64,000 bases of DNA from positions 64,001 through 128,000 of the forward strand of contig CAWCMR010000015.1 of NCBI GenBank assembly GCA_963796685.1, in the 5' to 3' direction. The notes beneath the pieces are model-generated. The model searched no databases and was not told the DNA's origin. It saw only the letters and a list, made by a program, of their open reading frames with translations. A program made the translations under genes and the position numbers. Within the stretch, counting starts at the first letter, position 1. Each line of letters begins with the position of its first letter. This stretch comes from an uncultured delta proteobacterium (GTDB lineage: Bacteria > Myxococcota_A > Polyangia > Fen-1088). Below are positions 1-9,711 of the stretch, piece after piece.

Positions 1-301
1 GAGGTCGTCCCGATCGATCGCGGAATGCAGCATGGTCGACATCGACCCTGCGTCGGCGCCGCCGGCATTGCACGGTGGGACAATGGTAGTTCCATGTAGG
101 AGTGTACCCACGAGTACAGAAACAATTTTGAGAATTGAGGAGCTGGTTCGCATAATTGTGAGTTAAATTTGGTCGATTCGGCCCCCAAGGAAGGGGCCCA
201 CCTCTAGGTGCCTTGGGCAGGTAGATTCGCAGGTCGCATATCGCTTGGGCATGGCTTTTGTTCTTCGTCGTTACCCGTGGTCGAAAAAGGGAGAAAACCA
301 C

Positions 302-2035
302 ATGAGTCTTCGTAAAGGCAGTCTCTTCATCGGTTCCGCCCTGTCGCTCGTTTTGCTGTCTTCTCAAGCGCAGGCGCACTGGTGCGACGACCTGTGGGCT
401 TCAAGTTACAACATCGTGGTCAAACCGGACAGCGATACCTCGCCGAAGAACATCTACGTCCAGAACAACATGGGGTATCAGTTGCCCAATTTCAAGCTGA
501 CCGCCACGGGCAGCGGTGGCGCCATCACCTTGACCGCTCCCACGCTCAAGGTTCCCGGTACGCTCATGCCGGGCGAGAAGGGGACGTGGAAGATCGCGAG
601 TGGCAGCCCGGCGAAGATCGAGGACGTCACCTTTTCCGTGTCTTTCGGAAACAGCGGCGAAAGCAAGTGCTACCCCACCAAGGGTGCGAATCCGGTGATG
701 ATCGTGAAGACGGATGGTACCCTCTATCCGGCGGCGCCCCCCCCAGGTCTGGACAGCCCGGTCAACCCTGGCTGCACGGGCGACTTGGCCCAGGGGCGTT
801 CGTTGCAGTACGAGGCGGTGGCAGACTTCGAGGACGTGAACGCCGGTCTCGACAGCTTGCTGAAGCTCTACTGCGCCGGCCGTGGCTCCTTCGGCAGCAC
901 GGACGGTGTGACCATGAGCAACTGCAAGGACTCGTCGAGCACGTCTTGCCCCACGACCAAGCCGGCGGCCAAGACAGGCTCGAAGTACGACTACATGCAC
1001 CTTTGGGCCGCTGGCGAGCTTGCGGCCCGCAAGTCCGTCCTGGGCGCGCGTACCGCGGTCCTGCGCGCCAGGCTCCAGTGCGGCGTGAACGACGCCGACG
1101 TCGGGTTTGCCGGCTACGCCTTGTTCATGCTCGGCTATCTCGGCGACGACACGACGGCCAAAGCCTTCATCCAAACGCAAGTCAGCGCGGGCGGGGACAT
1201 GGGCACGATCGGCAAGGCTGCGCTCTATCTCATGGGCGATACCAGCCAGAAGGCGGACGTGCAAGCCGGGGCACAGACCTCGAGCAATTCCACTTTCGTG
1301 AAGGCGGCCTGTGCTGCTGCGCTGGGCATCGTCGACAAGGACGACGCCACGGTCAGCTCGGTGCTGATTCCTTTGGTCAAATGGAACGAGCCCGACTCGG
1401 CATCCGAAGATGGGCAAGGAATGTTTGCAGCGCACCTGCTGGGCCTGGTGGCCTGGGATCGGCGCAATTGGGCGCCCAACGGGGGAGACACCGGTCCGGT
1501 GTCCTTCTACGGCGACACGGCCCCAGCAACGGGCGGTAACGGCGGAGGCACCGGTGGTGTCACGAGCTCCGGCGGCGCGAGCGGAGCGGGAGGGGCGGGC
1601 GGCAACAAGGACGCCGGAGGGAGCGATGCGAAGCCGGCAAGCGGGGGGACTACGGGGAGGGGCGGTGTCGTCGGCGGCTCGGGCGGCGTGATCGGCAGTG
1701 GCGGTGGTGCGGGCTCCGGAGGCAAGGCAGGCTCAGGCGGCGCGGGCGGTGCAGGTGGAACGACGGGCGAAGGCGGAACGACCGACTCGGGCGGGACCAA
1801 CGCGGGCGGCAGCAGCGGCTCTGGAGGGACGCGGACGTCCTCCTCGGGCGGCACCTCTGGAGAAGGCGGATCCCCGGGCTTGGGAGGCGACACGGGGCCC
1901 GGCACGACCTCTGCCAACAGCGACTCCGCCGGATGCAAGTGCAACCTCGGCAGTCGTGGCCGGACGTCGCCCACCCTGTGCGTCCTGATGCTGGTGGGGC
2001 TGGCGTGGATCGCCGGGCGTCGACGCAGGCGATAG
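302..2035 (+). CDS. Exported MYXO-CTERM-sorted surface protein with Cys-containing N-terminal domain and Gly/Ser/Thr-rich linker
   Basis: ATG at 302 after GGGAG; signal peptide ending AQA-H; long Gly-rich stalk; C-terminal GCKCNLG...LCVLMLVGLAWIAGRRRRR matches MYXO-CTERM (Cys pair, TM helix, Arg tail). Confidence 0.85.
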   Translation: MSLRKGSLFIGSALSLVLLSSQAQAHWCDDLWASSYNIVVKPDSDTSPKNIYVQNNMGYQLPNFKLTATGSGGAITLTAPTLKVPGTLMPGEKGTWKIASGSPAKIEDVTFSVSFGNSGESKCYPTKGANPVMIVKTDGTLYPAAPPPGLDSPVNPGCTGDLAQGRSLQYEAVADFEDVNAGLDSLLKLYCAGRGSFGSTDGVTMSNCKDSSSTSCPTTKPAAKTGSKYDYMHLWAAGELAARKSVLGARTAVLRARLQCGVNDADVGFAGYALFMLGYLGDDTTAKAFIQTQVSAGGDMGTIGKAALYLMGDTSQKADVQAGAQTSSNSTFVKAACAAALGIVDKDDATVSSVLIPLVKWNEPDSASEDGQGMFAAHLLGLVAWDRRNWAPNGGDTGPVSFYGDTAPATGGNGGGTGGVTSSGGASGAGGAGGNKDAGGSDAKPASGGTTGRGGVVGGSGGVIGSGGGAGSGGKAGSGGAGGAGGTTGEGGTTDSGGTNAGGSSGSGGTRTSSSGGTSGEGGSPGLGGDTGPGTTSANSDSAGCKCNLGSRGRTSPTLCVLMLVGLAWIAGRRRRR

Positions 2036-2153
2036 CCACAGCCAACGAGGCCGTCGCGGCGTCGTCGTTCCCGGGCCATCCGGCGTTTTCCTTTCGGCAG
2101 ATCTTGACTTGTGCCCCGGCGGCGCGGCATACATTCGCCCTCACTAAGTAACT

Positions 2154-2227
2154 GCGCCCGTAGCTCAACTGGATAGAGCACCGGCCTACGAAGCCGGGGG
2201 TTACATGTTCGAGTCATGTCGGGCGCG
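2154..2227 (+). tRNA. tRNA-Arg (anticodon ACG)
   Basis: Cloverleaf: acceptor GCGCCCG/CGGGCGC, D arm GCTC/GAGC, anticodon arm CCGGC-CTACGAA-GCCGG, T arm ACATG-TTCGAGT-CATGT; CCA not encoded. Confidence 0.96.
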
Positions 2228-2449
2228 CAGAGTCCGGGTCCTCGTGCGGTTGAATTGTAAGGTGGACGGGTGTTGGAGCACTAGTAGGACGTGCCATCGC
2301 GCCGTATGACGCCTGAAGTCTTTCGGTTTGTCATGTCGAGTGACGGCGGACGGCGGATTTCGCCCCCTACACACGACATGACTGTGCCATTTCCGTCGCG
2401 GTCCTCATGCAAGATTCGACGAGCTCGACGTGATTTCGCCATGTTGCGT

Positions 2450-2465
2450 TGGCACCAAGGTTGCT
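2450..2465 (+). promoter_or_regulatory. sigma54 (-24/-12) promoter of the Crp/Fnr regulator
   Basis: TGGCACCAAGGTTGCT matches TGGCAC-N5-TTGCW; lies upstream of RBS AGGAGG (2482-2487) and ATG 2493. Confidence 0.75.
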
Positions 2466-2492
2466 TAACAGATGCCTGAACAGGAGGATTTC

Positions 2493-3248
2493 ATGAATGC
2501 CATCGCTTCACTTCGCACCGACAGTGCAGCCGGGCTGCAGCGTGACATCAGTTTTCATCCCGCGCTGAGCGCCCTCCGCAACTCGGCCTGGTTTGGCGCT
2601 TTCCCGCAGAATGCGCTCACGTCCCTTTCCATGAGCGCCTCGTTGTCGTCGTACAGTGCCAGGCAACAGGTTCTCCTCGAGGGACGCTGGCTCGGCGCCG
2701 CGGTCCTGGTAGTCAAGGGCAGCCTTCGTGCAGTGCGAAGGACGGACAACGCACGCGAGCTGACGCTGGAGACATTTCGGCCTGGCGATCTCATTGCCGA
2801 TGCGGTTCTCTTTCCTGACAGCTCGGTCCCTGGGGATGGGCTGATCGCGGCCGAGACCAGCCTTCTGCTTTTCATTCCCCGCGATGAATTTCTGACGGCA
2901 TTGTCCAGCGTTCCCCAAGCCTCGATATCGCTCATTCGGGATCTGGAGCGGCGGCTCAATCGGGTGAAGCTCTTGGCCTCCGGGCTCGCCACAGCGGATG
3001 TCGAAAGCCGCCTCTATCGCTTGCTCTACAACTTGGCCCGCGACGAGGGCCAGTCGGCTGCGGAAGGGACGGTCATCCCGCGCTCGCCAACGCAACAGGA
3101 TTTGGCCAGCCGAATCGGTGCGTGCCGGGAAACCGTTTCCAGAATCGTGGCCGACCTGGCTCGACAGCAAGTCCTCTCGCTGGAGGGGCGCAAGCTGACG
3201 CTCGCCCCACGGTTCTTCGAGCTCGCCAAGTCCGCCGGGATTTCTTGA
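2493..3248 (+). CDS. Crp/Fnr family transcriptional regulator
   Basis: cNMP-binding-like N-terminal domain (LETFRPGDLI) and C-terminal HTH PTQQDLASRIGACRETVSR; AGGAGG RBS. Confidence 0.9.
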   Translation: MNAIASLRTDSAAGLQRDISFHPALSALRNSAWFGAFPQNALTSLSMSASLSSYSARQQVLLEGRWLGAAVLVVKGSLRAVRRTDNARELTLETFRPGDLIADAVLFPDSSVPGDGLIAAETSLLLFIPRDEFLTALSSVPQASISLIRDLERRLNRVKLLASGLATADVESRLYRLLYNLARDEGQSAAEGTVIPRSPTQQDLASRIGACRETVSRIVADLARQQVLSLEGRKLTLAPRFFELAKSAGIS

Positions 3249-3538
3249 CCGCTCCCTCCTCGCATCTTCGTCCTCTGTTCGAGAATGGAGGGGGGAATTC
3301 GGGCAAAATTGACCCACCGCTCTGCGGGGGTGAGAATCCGCCAAGCCTTGAAGCCTCTACGATCTGATTTGCCTCCCGGCCGGGTTGGGCCGTCCTTTGG
3401 AAACAGGCCGACCTCTGGTTGCGGGCCGTCGGACGTGGTAGCACGGTTGCATCTTGAACCTTGGCATGGCTTCCGCACTCGCAACATGGCGCTCGATCGG
3501 GTTTCGAACATGAAGGTGGTCGAATCAAGGCGCACGCC

Positions 3539-4405
3539 ATGACCGACCCCGCGGCGACACCAGCGGATGAGGGCGCGAGGCCAGGCCTGGCGCAGGGGAA
3601 AAGGTTTCATCCCCTTGCCATCGTCGGGCGCGCCCTTTCTCCCCTGCCTGGGGCCGTGGCAGTCTTCGGTGAGCACATCCTGCTGCTCGGGCGCGCCTTG
3701 GTCTGGCTGTTCAGGCGTCCTCTGCGCCTGCGGCTCTTTTTCGAGCAGATGGAATTCGTCGGGGTGGGCTCGCTACCGATCATCATGTTGGTCGGGTTCT
3801 TCACCGGCGCGGTCACCTCCGTCCAGGCCATCCTGGCGCTCTCGCTCTTCGATCAGCAGCGCTACGTTGGTTTCGGCGTAGGCGTGTCCTTGGCACGCGA
3901 GCTGGCACCTGTCTTCACCGCCCTCATGATCACCGCTCGTGCGGGGTCGGGCATGGCCACCGAGCTTGCCTCCATGCGCATCACGGAGCAGGTGGATGCC
4001 CTTACCACGTTCGCGGTCAATCCCGTGCAGTACCTCGTCACCCCTCGCCTGGTGGCTTCGTGCCTGATGCTGCCGGTGATGACCATGGTTTTCAACGTGG
4101 TGGGGCTCATCGGGACCTACGTGGTGGCCATCATTTCGTACCAGATCGACTTTGGCCAAGTCCTGGAGCTCTTCCGTCGCGGCGTGGATCCCATCGACTA
4201 CAAGGAAGGGTTGGTCAAGGCGTTCTTCTTCGGCTTGACGATGGCGACGTGTTCCTGCTACCAGGGCCTGAACGTTCGTGGCGGAGCCAAGGAAGTCGGG
4301 CTTGCGACGACGCGCGCCGTGGTTTCGACATCCGTAACGGTTCTGGTCCTAGACTACTTCTTGATTCAAATCATGAACGTCCTTTACCCCTACGGCGGCC
4401 TCTAG
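3539..4405 (+). CDS. mlaE: MlaE-family ABC transporter permease
   Basis: RELAPVFTALMITARAGSGMATELASMRITEQVDAL and GGAKEVGLATTRAVV motifs; start chosen at ATG 3539. Confidence 0.92.
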   Translation: MTDPAATPADEGARPGLAQGKRFHPLAIVGRALSPLPGAVAVFGEHILLLGRALVWLFRRPLRLRLFFEQMEFVGVGSLPIIMLVGFFTGAVTSVQAILALSLFDQQRYVGFGVGVSLARELAPVFTALMITARAGSGMATELASMRITEQVDALTTFAVNPVQYLVTPRLVASCLMLPVMTMVFNVVGLIGTYVVAIISYQIDFGQVLELFRRGVDPIDYKEGLVKAFFFGLTMATCSCYQGLNVRGGAKEVGLATTRAVVSTSVTVLVLDYFLIQIMNVLYPYGGL

Positions 4406-5203
4406 ATGGCAGACGACCTGCGAAGCCGCGATGAACGATGGCAGATCCGGATTCGCGATCTGCACAAGTCCTTCGGGAAACAGCACGTCCTGCGTGGTGT
4501 GAACCTCGACATCGAGCGTGGCAAAATCAATATCATCATCGGAGGATCGGGGCAGGGCAAGTCGGTGTTCATGAAGCACCTCATGGGCCTCCTCGCTCCG
4601 GATCGCGGACATATCTTCGTCGACGGCCAGGACATCATCGGTCTGGGTGACGTGGCGATCGCCAAGATTCAACGCAAGTTTGGCATGGTGTTTCAGTACG
4701 CCGCCCTCTTCGACTCGCTGAATGTCGTCGAGAACATCGCCTTTCCGCTCCTCGAGCGTTACCGCCTGCCCAGGGCGGAGGTCATGGAACGGGTACGCGG
4801 CCTGCTCGCACGTCTCGACTTGGCGAAAACTGCCGGCATCGAACAGAAGTTCCCCGCGGAGCTTTCTGGTGGTATGCGAAAGCGTGTGGGGCTGGCGCGA
4901 GCACTCATCGACCGGCCGGAGATTCTGCTCTACGATGAGCCCACAACCGGGCTCGACCCCATCGCAACCAAGAATGTCGACGAAATGATCAGGCGTACAG
5001 CGGACGAATTCGGCGTTACCTCGGTCGTCATTTCGCATGATATGGCCTCGACCTTTCGCATCGCCGATCGCGTGGCCATGCTCTACGATGGCGTCATCGT
5101 CGCCAACGGGACGCGCGAGGAAATCACGGCTGCGCCGAACCCGGTGCTGAGGGAATTCGTGGAGCCTTCCGGCGCGGTGCACTTCGGCGGGGGCCCATCG
5201 TGA
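4406..5203 (+). CDS. mlaF: MlaF/Mkl-family ABC transporter ATP-binding protein
   Basis: Walker A GGSGQGKS, signature LSGGMRKRVGLARA, LLYDEPTTGLDP. Confidence 0.92.
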   Translation: MADDLRSRDERWQIRIRDLHKSFGKQHVLRGVNLDIERGKINIIIGGSGQGKSVFMKHLMGLLAPDRGHIFVDGQDIIGLGDVAIAKIQRKFGMVFQYAALFDSLNVVENIAFPLLERYRLPRAEVMERVRGLLARLDLAKTAGIEQKFPAELSGGMRKRVGLARALIDRPEILLYDEPTTGLDPIATKNVDEMIRRTADEFGVTSVVISHDMASTFRIADRVAMLYDGVIVANGTREEITAAPNPVLREFVEPSGAVHFGGGPS

Positions 5204-6723
5204 GGCGAAGCCTGGCCGCCCTGACCGTAGGCGCTCTCACCATCGTCATGTTGGCTGCGAGCTACTTGCTTTTCCAGTACACGTCCGAGCGTATGTCGGG
5301 CGGCAAGGGCTATCGTGTTTATGCCTTGTTTCACAACGCGCTCGGCATCTACGAGAAAACCCGGGTGCTGTCCGCGGGGCTGCGTGTGGGGCAGGTCGAG
5401 GAGAGGGTCCTCGATCAGGAGACCGGCAAGGCCAAGGTCTTCCTGCGCATCGATCCGCAGATCCTCCTGTACGCAAACGCGTCCATCGGCAAGAAATCGG
5501 CCTCGCTGCTTGGCGAGTACTACCTCGAAATCGATCCCGGGACGCCGTTCGTGATGCGTGACGGAAAGAAGGTCGAGGTCCCGCGCCTCAAGGACGGGGA
5601 TCGCATCCAAAACGTGACCGAGCCCGCCGACATGGGTGAAATCATGGATTCCGTCGCCACGATCCTGCCGGTGCTCAAGTCGATCCTGGAGGACGTCAAG
5701 GGGCTGACCGCAGGTCCCATCAAGGACCTGGCGAACAACACCAACGAGATGATCGAGAAGAACTCGGTGATCGTCGAGCGATTGCTCGGGCGCATGGACG
5801 AGATCGCGGCCACGGTCGAGGGCATCACCAAGTCCGAGGCGGACGACGTGAAGGTGGCCATCCACAATGTTCGCGAGATTACAGAAGGAATCAAGGGCCT
5901 GGTAGGCACGACCCAGGGCCAGGTGTCTGGTGCGGGCGAGGAATTGCGCTCGAACTTGCAGAAGTTGCAGCACAGCGTGGACAGCCTGGACAAATCCCTC
6001 GATCACGTCGAGAAAATCACGGGCAAGATCGCCGACGGCGAAGGGACGGTCGGGCACCTCGTCAACGACGACACCGTGGGCAAGAACCTCGACAGCATCA
6101 CCGACGACGTCAGCAGCATTACGCACGGGATCGCTCGCTTGCAGACCATCGTGGGCATGCGTACCGAGTACAACTACCTTGCGAGCACCTTCAAGAACTA
6201 CCTGGCCGTGACCCTGATGCCGCATCCGGATAAGTTCTATCTGATTGAGATTGTCGACGATCCGCGCGGGTATCGTACCAAGTCGAGCGTGCAGTCCGAT
6301 AGCTCCCTGACCGGCCAATCCTCGGTAACCACGATTACGACCACCGAGCAACTTCGTCTGACGTTTCAGCTCGGCAAGCGGCTTGGTCCGGTGGCCTTCC
6401 GTTTCGGAATCAAAGAATCCACCGGTGGGGTCGGCGCGGATCTCTATCTCTTCGACGATCGACTGATGCTGAGCACGGACATCTTCGACATGCGTTCCAA
6501 CCAGTATCCCCGGCTCGCCGGGCGGGCCTATCTCGCCGTATACAAGCGCATGATCTACATCCTCGGCGGCGTGGACGATGTCTTCAACAACGTGAAGACT
6601 CAGGGGCTCGCAGGGGGGACGCTCGACTGGTTTCTGGGAGCTCAGCTCGTCTTCAACGACGAAGATCTCAAGTCGCTGCTTCTTTTCGGTGGTGGCAGCG
6701 CGGCCTCGTCCGCCAGCAAGTAG
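5200..6723 (+). CDS. mlaD: MCE/MlaD-family protein with long helical region and C-terminal beta-rich domain
   Basis: N-terminal TM, MCE motif (AGLRVGQV...SLLGEYYLEIDPG), coiled region; GTGA overlap with mlaF. Confidence 0.85.
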   Translation: MRRSLAALTVGALTIVMLAASYLLFQYTSERMSGGKGYRVYALFHNALGIYEKTRVLSAGLRVGQVEERVLDQETGKAKVFLRIDPQILLYANASIGKKSASLLGEYYLEIDPGTPFVMRDGKKVEVPRLKDGDRIQNVTEPADMGEIMDSVATILPVLKSILEDVKGLTAGPIKDLANNTNEMIEKNSVIVERLLGRMDEIAATVEGITKSEADDVKVAIHNVREITEGIKGLVGTTQGQVSGAGEELRSNLQKLQHSVDSLDKSLDHVEKITGKIADGEGTVGHLVNDDTVGKNLDSITDDVSSITHGIARLQTIVGMRTEYNYLASTFKNYLAVTLMPHPDKFYLIEIVDDPRGYRTKSSVQSDSSLTGQSSVTTITTTEQLRLTFQLGKRLGPVAFRFGIKESTGGVGADLYLFDDRLMLSTDIFDMRSNQYPRLAGRAYLAVYKRMIYILGGVDDVFNNVKTQGLAGGTLDWFLGAQLVFNDEDLKSLLLFGGGSAASSASK

Positions 6724-6724
6724 C

Positions 6725-6752
6725 TTGACGCGAGACCGGCGAACCCTATAGT
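6725..6752 (+). promoter_or_regulatory. sigma70-type promoter of the yceD-rpmF-plsX-fab operon
   Basis: TTGACG-N16-TATAGT, 40 nt upstream of ATG 6793. Confidence 0.6.
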
Positions 6753-6792
6753 TACGGGCTCCCCGTTCCATCAAACGAGACCGGGTTAGGCC

Positions 6793-7314
6793 ATGCGGTA
6801 CAAAATCAAAGATATCGGCGAGGGGGGAATCGACCTGCGCGTGGCGGTCACCGAGGCATGGTTGGCTGCGGCGTGTCCGGACGCATCCTTGGGGCTTTCC
6901 GAAGCCGGCGCCCGCTTTGAAGGGCGGCTCGAGCCCGCGGGCGACGGCTACCTCTTGCGTGGGACCTTGCGCGGTGAAATGAGGGTTCCCTGCGCGCGCT
7001 GTCTCGAGCCCGCGCCCGTGACCATCGACGCTCCCATGACCGTTAGCTTCGTCGAACGAGAGCAACCCGCCGAAGGCGAGGAAGCTGACTCCGAGGACGA
7101 GGTCGTCTCGTTCGAGCACGGCGTAATCGACCTGGGGCCACCCATCCGCGACGAAATTCTTCTGGCGGTGCCCATGACCGCGACTTGCCGACCCGATTGC
7201 GCGGGGATTTGTCCGGTCTGCGGGCGCAATCGCAATTTGACGCCTTGTGACTGCGAAAAGCAGGCGCTTGCGACAAGCAAGCTCGGGGCGCTGGCAAAAA
7301 TCAAGCTTCAGTAG
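6793..7314 (+). CDS. yceD: DUF177/YceD family protein
   Basis: CARCL and CRPDCAGICPVCG motifs; conserved position upstream of rpmF. Confidence 0.88.
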   Translation: MRYKIKDIGEGGIDLRVAVTEAWLAAACPDASLGLSEAGARFEGRLEPAGDGYLLRGTLRGEMRVPCARCLEPAPVTIDAPMTVSFVEREQPAEGEEADSEDEVVSFEHGVIDLGPPIRDEILLAVPMTATCRPDCAGICPVCGRNRNLTPCDCEKQALATSKLGALAKIKLQ

Positions 7315-7392
7315 TAACAACACAGCCACCTATGCGATGACTCTAGCCCCGCGCGATGCGGGGATTTTTCTCGAACCAGCAAAGAGGCGAAA

Positions 7393-7587
7393 ATGGCAGT
7401 TCCCAAGAGACGTCAATCCAAATCCCGCTCGGCGATTCGCCGGGCTCAGGTCATGAAGCAGCCCGTGCCGCACTTCATGCCTTGTCCGCGTTGTGGCGAA
7501 CCGAGACTCTCGCACCGCGTGTGCTCGGCCTGCGGCTACTACCGAGACCGCCTGGTGGTGGAGAAGAGCGAAGAGGAGAGCTCCTGA
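7393..7587 (+). CDS. rpmF: 50S ribosomal protein L32 (zinc-ribbon type)
   Basis: MAVPKRRQSKSR...CPRCG...HRVCSACGYY. Confidence 0.97.
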   Translation: MAVPKRRQSKSRSAIRRAQVMKQPVPHFMPCPRCGEPRLSHRVCSACGYYRDRLVVEKSEEESS

Positions 7588-8657
7588 GCAAGATTAGGAT
7601 CGCCGTCGATGCGATGGGCTCGGAGGGGGCGCCTCGCATCGAAATCGAGGGTGTCCTTTCCGCGGTCGCTGCGAGCGGCCTGGACGTCGTATTGGTCGGA
7701 GAGGAACCGCGGCTTCGAGAGGTGTTGGGGGAATCGGGACCGGGGGCGCCGCTCGAAAGAATCCAAATCCGCCATGCCCCCGATACGGTGGGCATGGACG
7801 AGGCGCCGGCCATCGCTTTTCGCCACAAGAAGGCGTCCTCGCTGCGCGTGTGCTTCGACATGGCCAAGGCGGGGGAGGTGGATGCCGTGATCTCCGCGGG
7901 AAATTCCGGCGCACTCATGGCCGGGGCGCTCATCGTGCTTGGGCGCATCGGCGCTGTCGAGCGGCCCGCCATCGCGACCACGTTTCCGACCCGGACCGGC
8001 CAGTGTGCGTTGCTCGACATGGGAGCCAATGTCGACCTGCGACCGTCCGTGTTGGCTCAGTTTGCCGTGCTCGGCGCCACCTACGCGCGTCTGCAGCACA
8101 AGAAGCCGCGTCCTCGCGTGGGCATCCTGTCGAACGGGACCGAGGAACAAAAGGGCACGGTCCTCACGCGCGAGGCGTTCAAGCTGCTCAGCCGAACATC
8201 TCCCGAGGGTGCCGGCACCGAGTTCGAGTTCCTTGGTTACGTCGAAGGCCGGGATATCTTCAAGGGGACCGCCGATGTGGTGGTCACCGACGGCTTCACC
8301 GGCAACGTCTTGCTCAAAGGGTGTGAGGGCTTGGTCGAGTGGATAGGCGAGGCGGTCAAGGAAGAGGTGATGCACGGAAGCTTCATCGAGAAGATCGGCG
8401 CTTGGTTGATGCGGCCGGCGTTGCGTAGGTTCAAGTACCGCTCGGACTACGCCGAGACCGGCGGCGCGCCCCTCATCGGGGTGGACGGCGTGGTCATCGT
8501 TTGCCACGGCGGCTCGGACGCGCGGGCCATCAAGAACGCCATCCTCACCGCGGGCGAGTACGCCAAGATCGATTTGCGAAGTGAAATCAAGCGCTGCATG
8601 GAAGCGCACGCCTTCCTATGGTCCGACAGCTCGCCGCCGCCTTCCGAGGAGGCGTAG
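7584..8657 (+). CDS. plsX: Phosphate acyltransferase PlsX (probable CTG start overlapping the rpmF stop)
   Basis: RIAVDAMG, ISAGNSGA, LLDMGANVD, VVVTDGFTGN and GGAPLIGV motifs. Confidence 0.93.
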   Translation: MSKIRIAVDAMGSEGAPRIEIEGVLSAVAASGLDVVLVGEEPRLREVLGESGPGAPLERIQIRHAPDTVGMDEAPAIAFRHKKASSLRVCFDMAKAGEVDAVISAGNSGALMAGALIVLGRIGAVERPAIATTFPTRTGQCALLDMGANVDLRPSVLAQFAVLGATYARLQHKKPRPRVGILSNGTEEQKGTVLTREAFKLLSRTSPEGAGTEFEFLGYVEGRDIFKGTADVVVTDGFTGNVLLKGCEGLVEWIGEAVKEEVMHGSFIEKIGAWLMRPALRRFKYRSDYAETGGAPLIGVDGVVIVCHGGSDARAIKNAILTAGEYAKIDLRSEIKRCMEAHAFLWSDSSPPPSEEA

Positions 8658-8664
8658 CCGTACC

Positions 8665-9417
8665 GTGCCGGAGCTCGCTGGCCGAGTGGCGATCGTGACC
8701 GGGGCCTCGCGCGGCATCGGCCGCGCCGTGGCCATCGCGCTTGCAGCGCAAGGGGCCAAGGTCATCGTGAACTTTCAGAAGAACGAAGTCGCTGCGGACG
8801 CGACCGTGGCGGCCATCGCTGGCGCGGGCGGCGATGCCGTGGCCATGCGTTTCGACGTCGCGGATGCCGCTGCGGTCGATTCGGCCACCAGGGAAATCGT
8901 TGCGACGCATGGAGGCGTTCACATCCTGGTCAACAACGCGGGGGTGGCGGTGAACGGGCTGACCCTGGGCGGCAAGGATGCCGACTTCCGTCGGGCCGTG
9001 GATGTGAATCTGGGAGGGACCTTCAACTGCACACGCGCGGCCCTGCGTTCGCTGATGCGGGCGCCCGGTGGAGGCCGCATCGTCAACATCGCGTCGATCA
9101 TCGGCGAAGGCGGTTCGGCCGGGCAAGGCTTCTATGCCGCAGCCAAGGCGGGCATCATCGGATTTACCAAATCTTGGGCGCGCGAGTACGCCTCGCGCGG
9201 ACTTACCGTGAACGCGGTCTCGCCGGGGGTCATCGCTACCGATATGACCGACGCGGAAATGCCGGAGTCTCGCAAGGAAGAGGTCCTACGCACCATTCCG
9301 CTCGGCCGATTCGGCTTGCCCGACGACGTGGCGCACGCGGTGGCTTTTCTCGCCGGGCCCAGGGCGGCCTACATCACCGGTCAGGTCGTGCGGGTCAACG
9401 GCGGTCTTTTAATGTAA
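8665..9417 (+). CDS. fabG: 3-oxoacyl-ACP reductase
   Basis: TGASRGIG, NNAG, YAAAK catalytic motif, YITGQVVRVNGGL; GTG start after GGAGG. Confidence 0.92.
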   Translation: MPELAGRVAIVTGASRGIGRAVAIALAAQGAKVIVNFQKNEVAADATVAAIAGAGGDAVAMRFDVADAAAVDSATREIVATHGGVHILVNNAGVAVNGLTLGGKDADFRRAVDVNLGGTFNCTRAALRSLMRAPGGGRIVNIASIIGEGGSAGQGFYAAAKAGIIGFTKSWAREYASRGLTVNAVSPGVIATDMTDAEMPESRKEEVLRTIPLGRFGLPDDVAHAVAFLAGPRAAYITGQVVRVNGGLLM

Positions 9418-9468
9418 CCTATGCGTTCCACGCGTTTCCAGAAACAGTCGTAAGAAGAGGATCCGAGA

Positions 9469-9708
9469 ATGGCTGAGAACATCGAAGAGAAGGTCACGAA
9501 GATCGTTGCCGAGCAGTTCGAGGTACCGGCGGAGAAGGTCACCATGAAGTCTTTGTTCATGGATGATCTGAAGGCGGATTCACTATCCGTGGTCGAGCTC
9601 GTATTGGCGATCGAAGAGGCCTTCAATCTCGAAATTCCCGACGAGGATGCCGAAAAGATCAAGACCGTCGGCGATGTGGTCAACTACGTCAAGGCCCGCG
9701 CGAAGTAG
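9469..9708 (+). CDS. acpP: Acyl carrier protein
   Basis: [12 protein letters not shown] phosphopantetheine site, [15 protein letters not shown]. Confidence 0.96.
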   Translation: MAENIEEKVTKIVAEQFEVPAEKVTMKSLFMDDLKADSLSVVELVLAIEEAFNLEIPDEDAEKIKTVGDVVNYVKARAK

Positions 9709-9711
9709 AGA

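Noticed and set aside
1-42. Start of a divergent minus-strand gene (MSTMLHSAIDRDDL...)
   Set aside because: Only 14 codons lie inside the window; cannot be supported
2154-2300. tRNA-Arg as integration site of an island
   Set aside because: No integrase nearby and no duplicated tRNA 3' end noticed in the window
3300-3480. c-di-GMP riboswitch or sigma54 promoters upstream of mlaE
   Set aside because: GGCAAA and GGTTGC fragments are not arranged as the GEMM core; two GG-N10-GC matches (3436, 3462) are each only half-consensus
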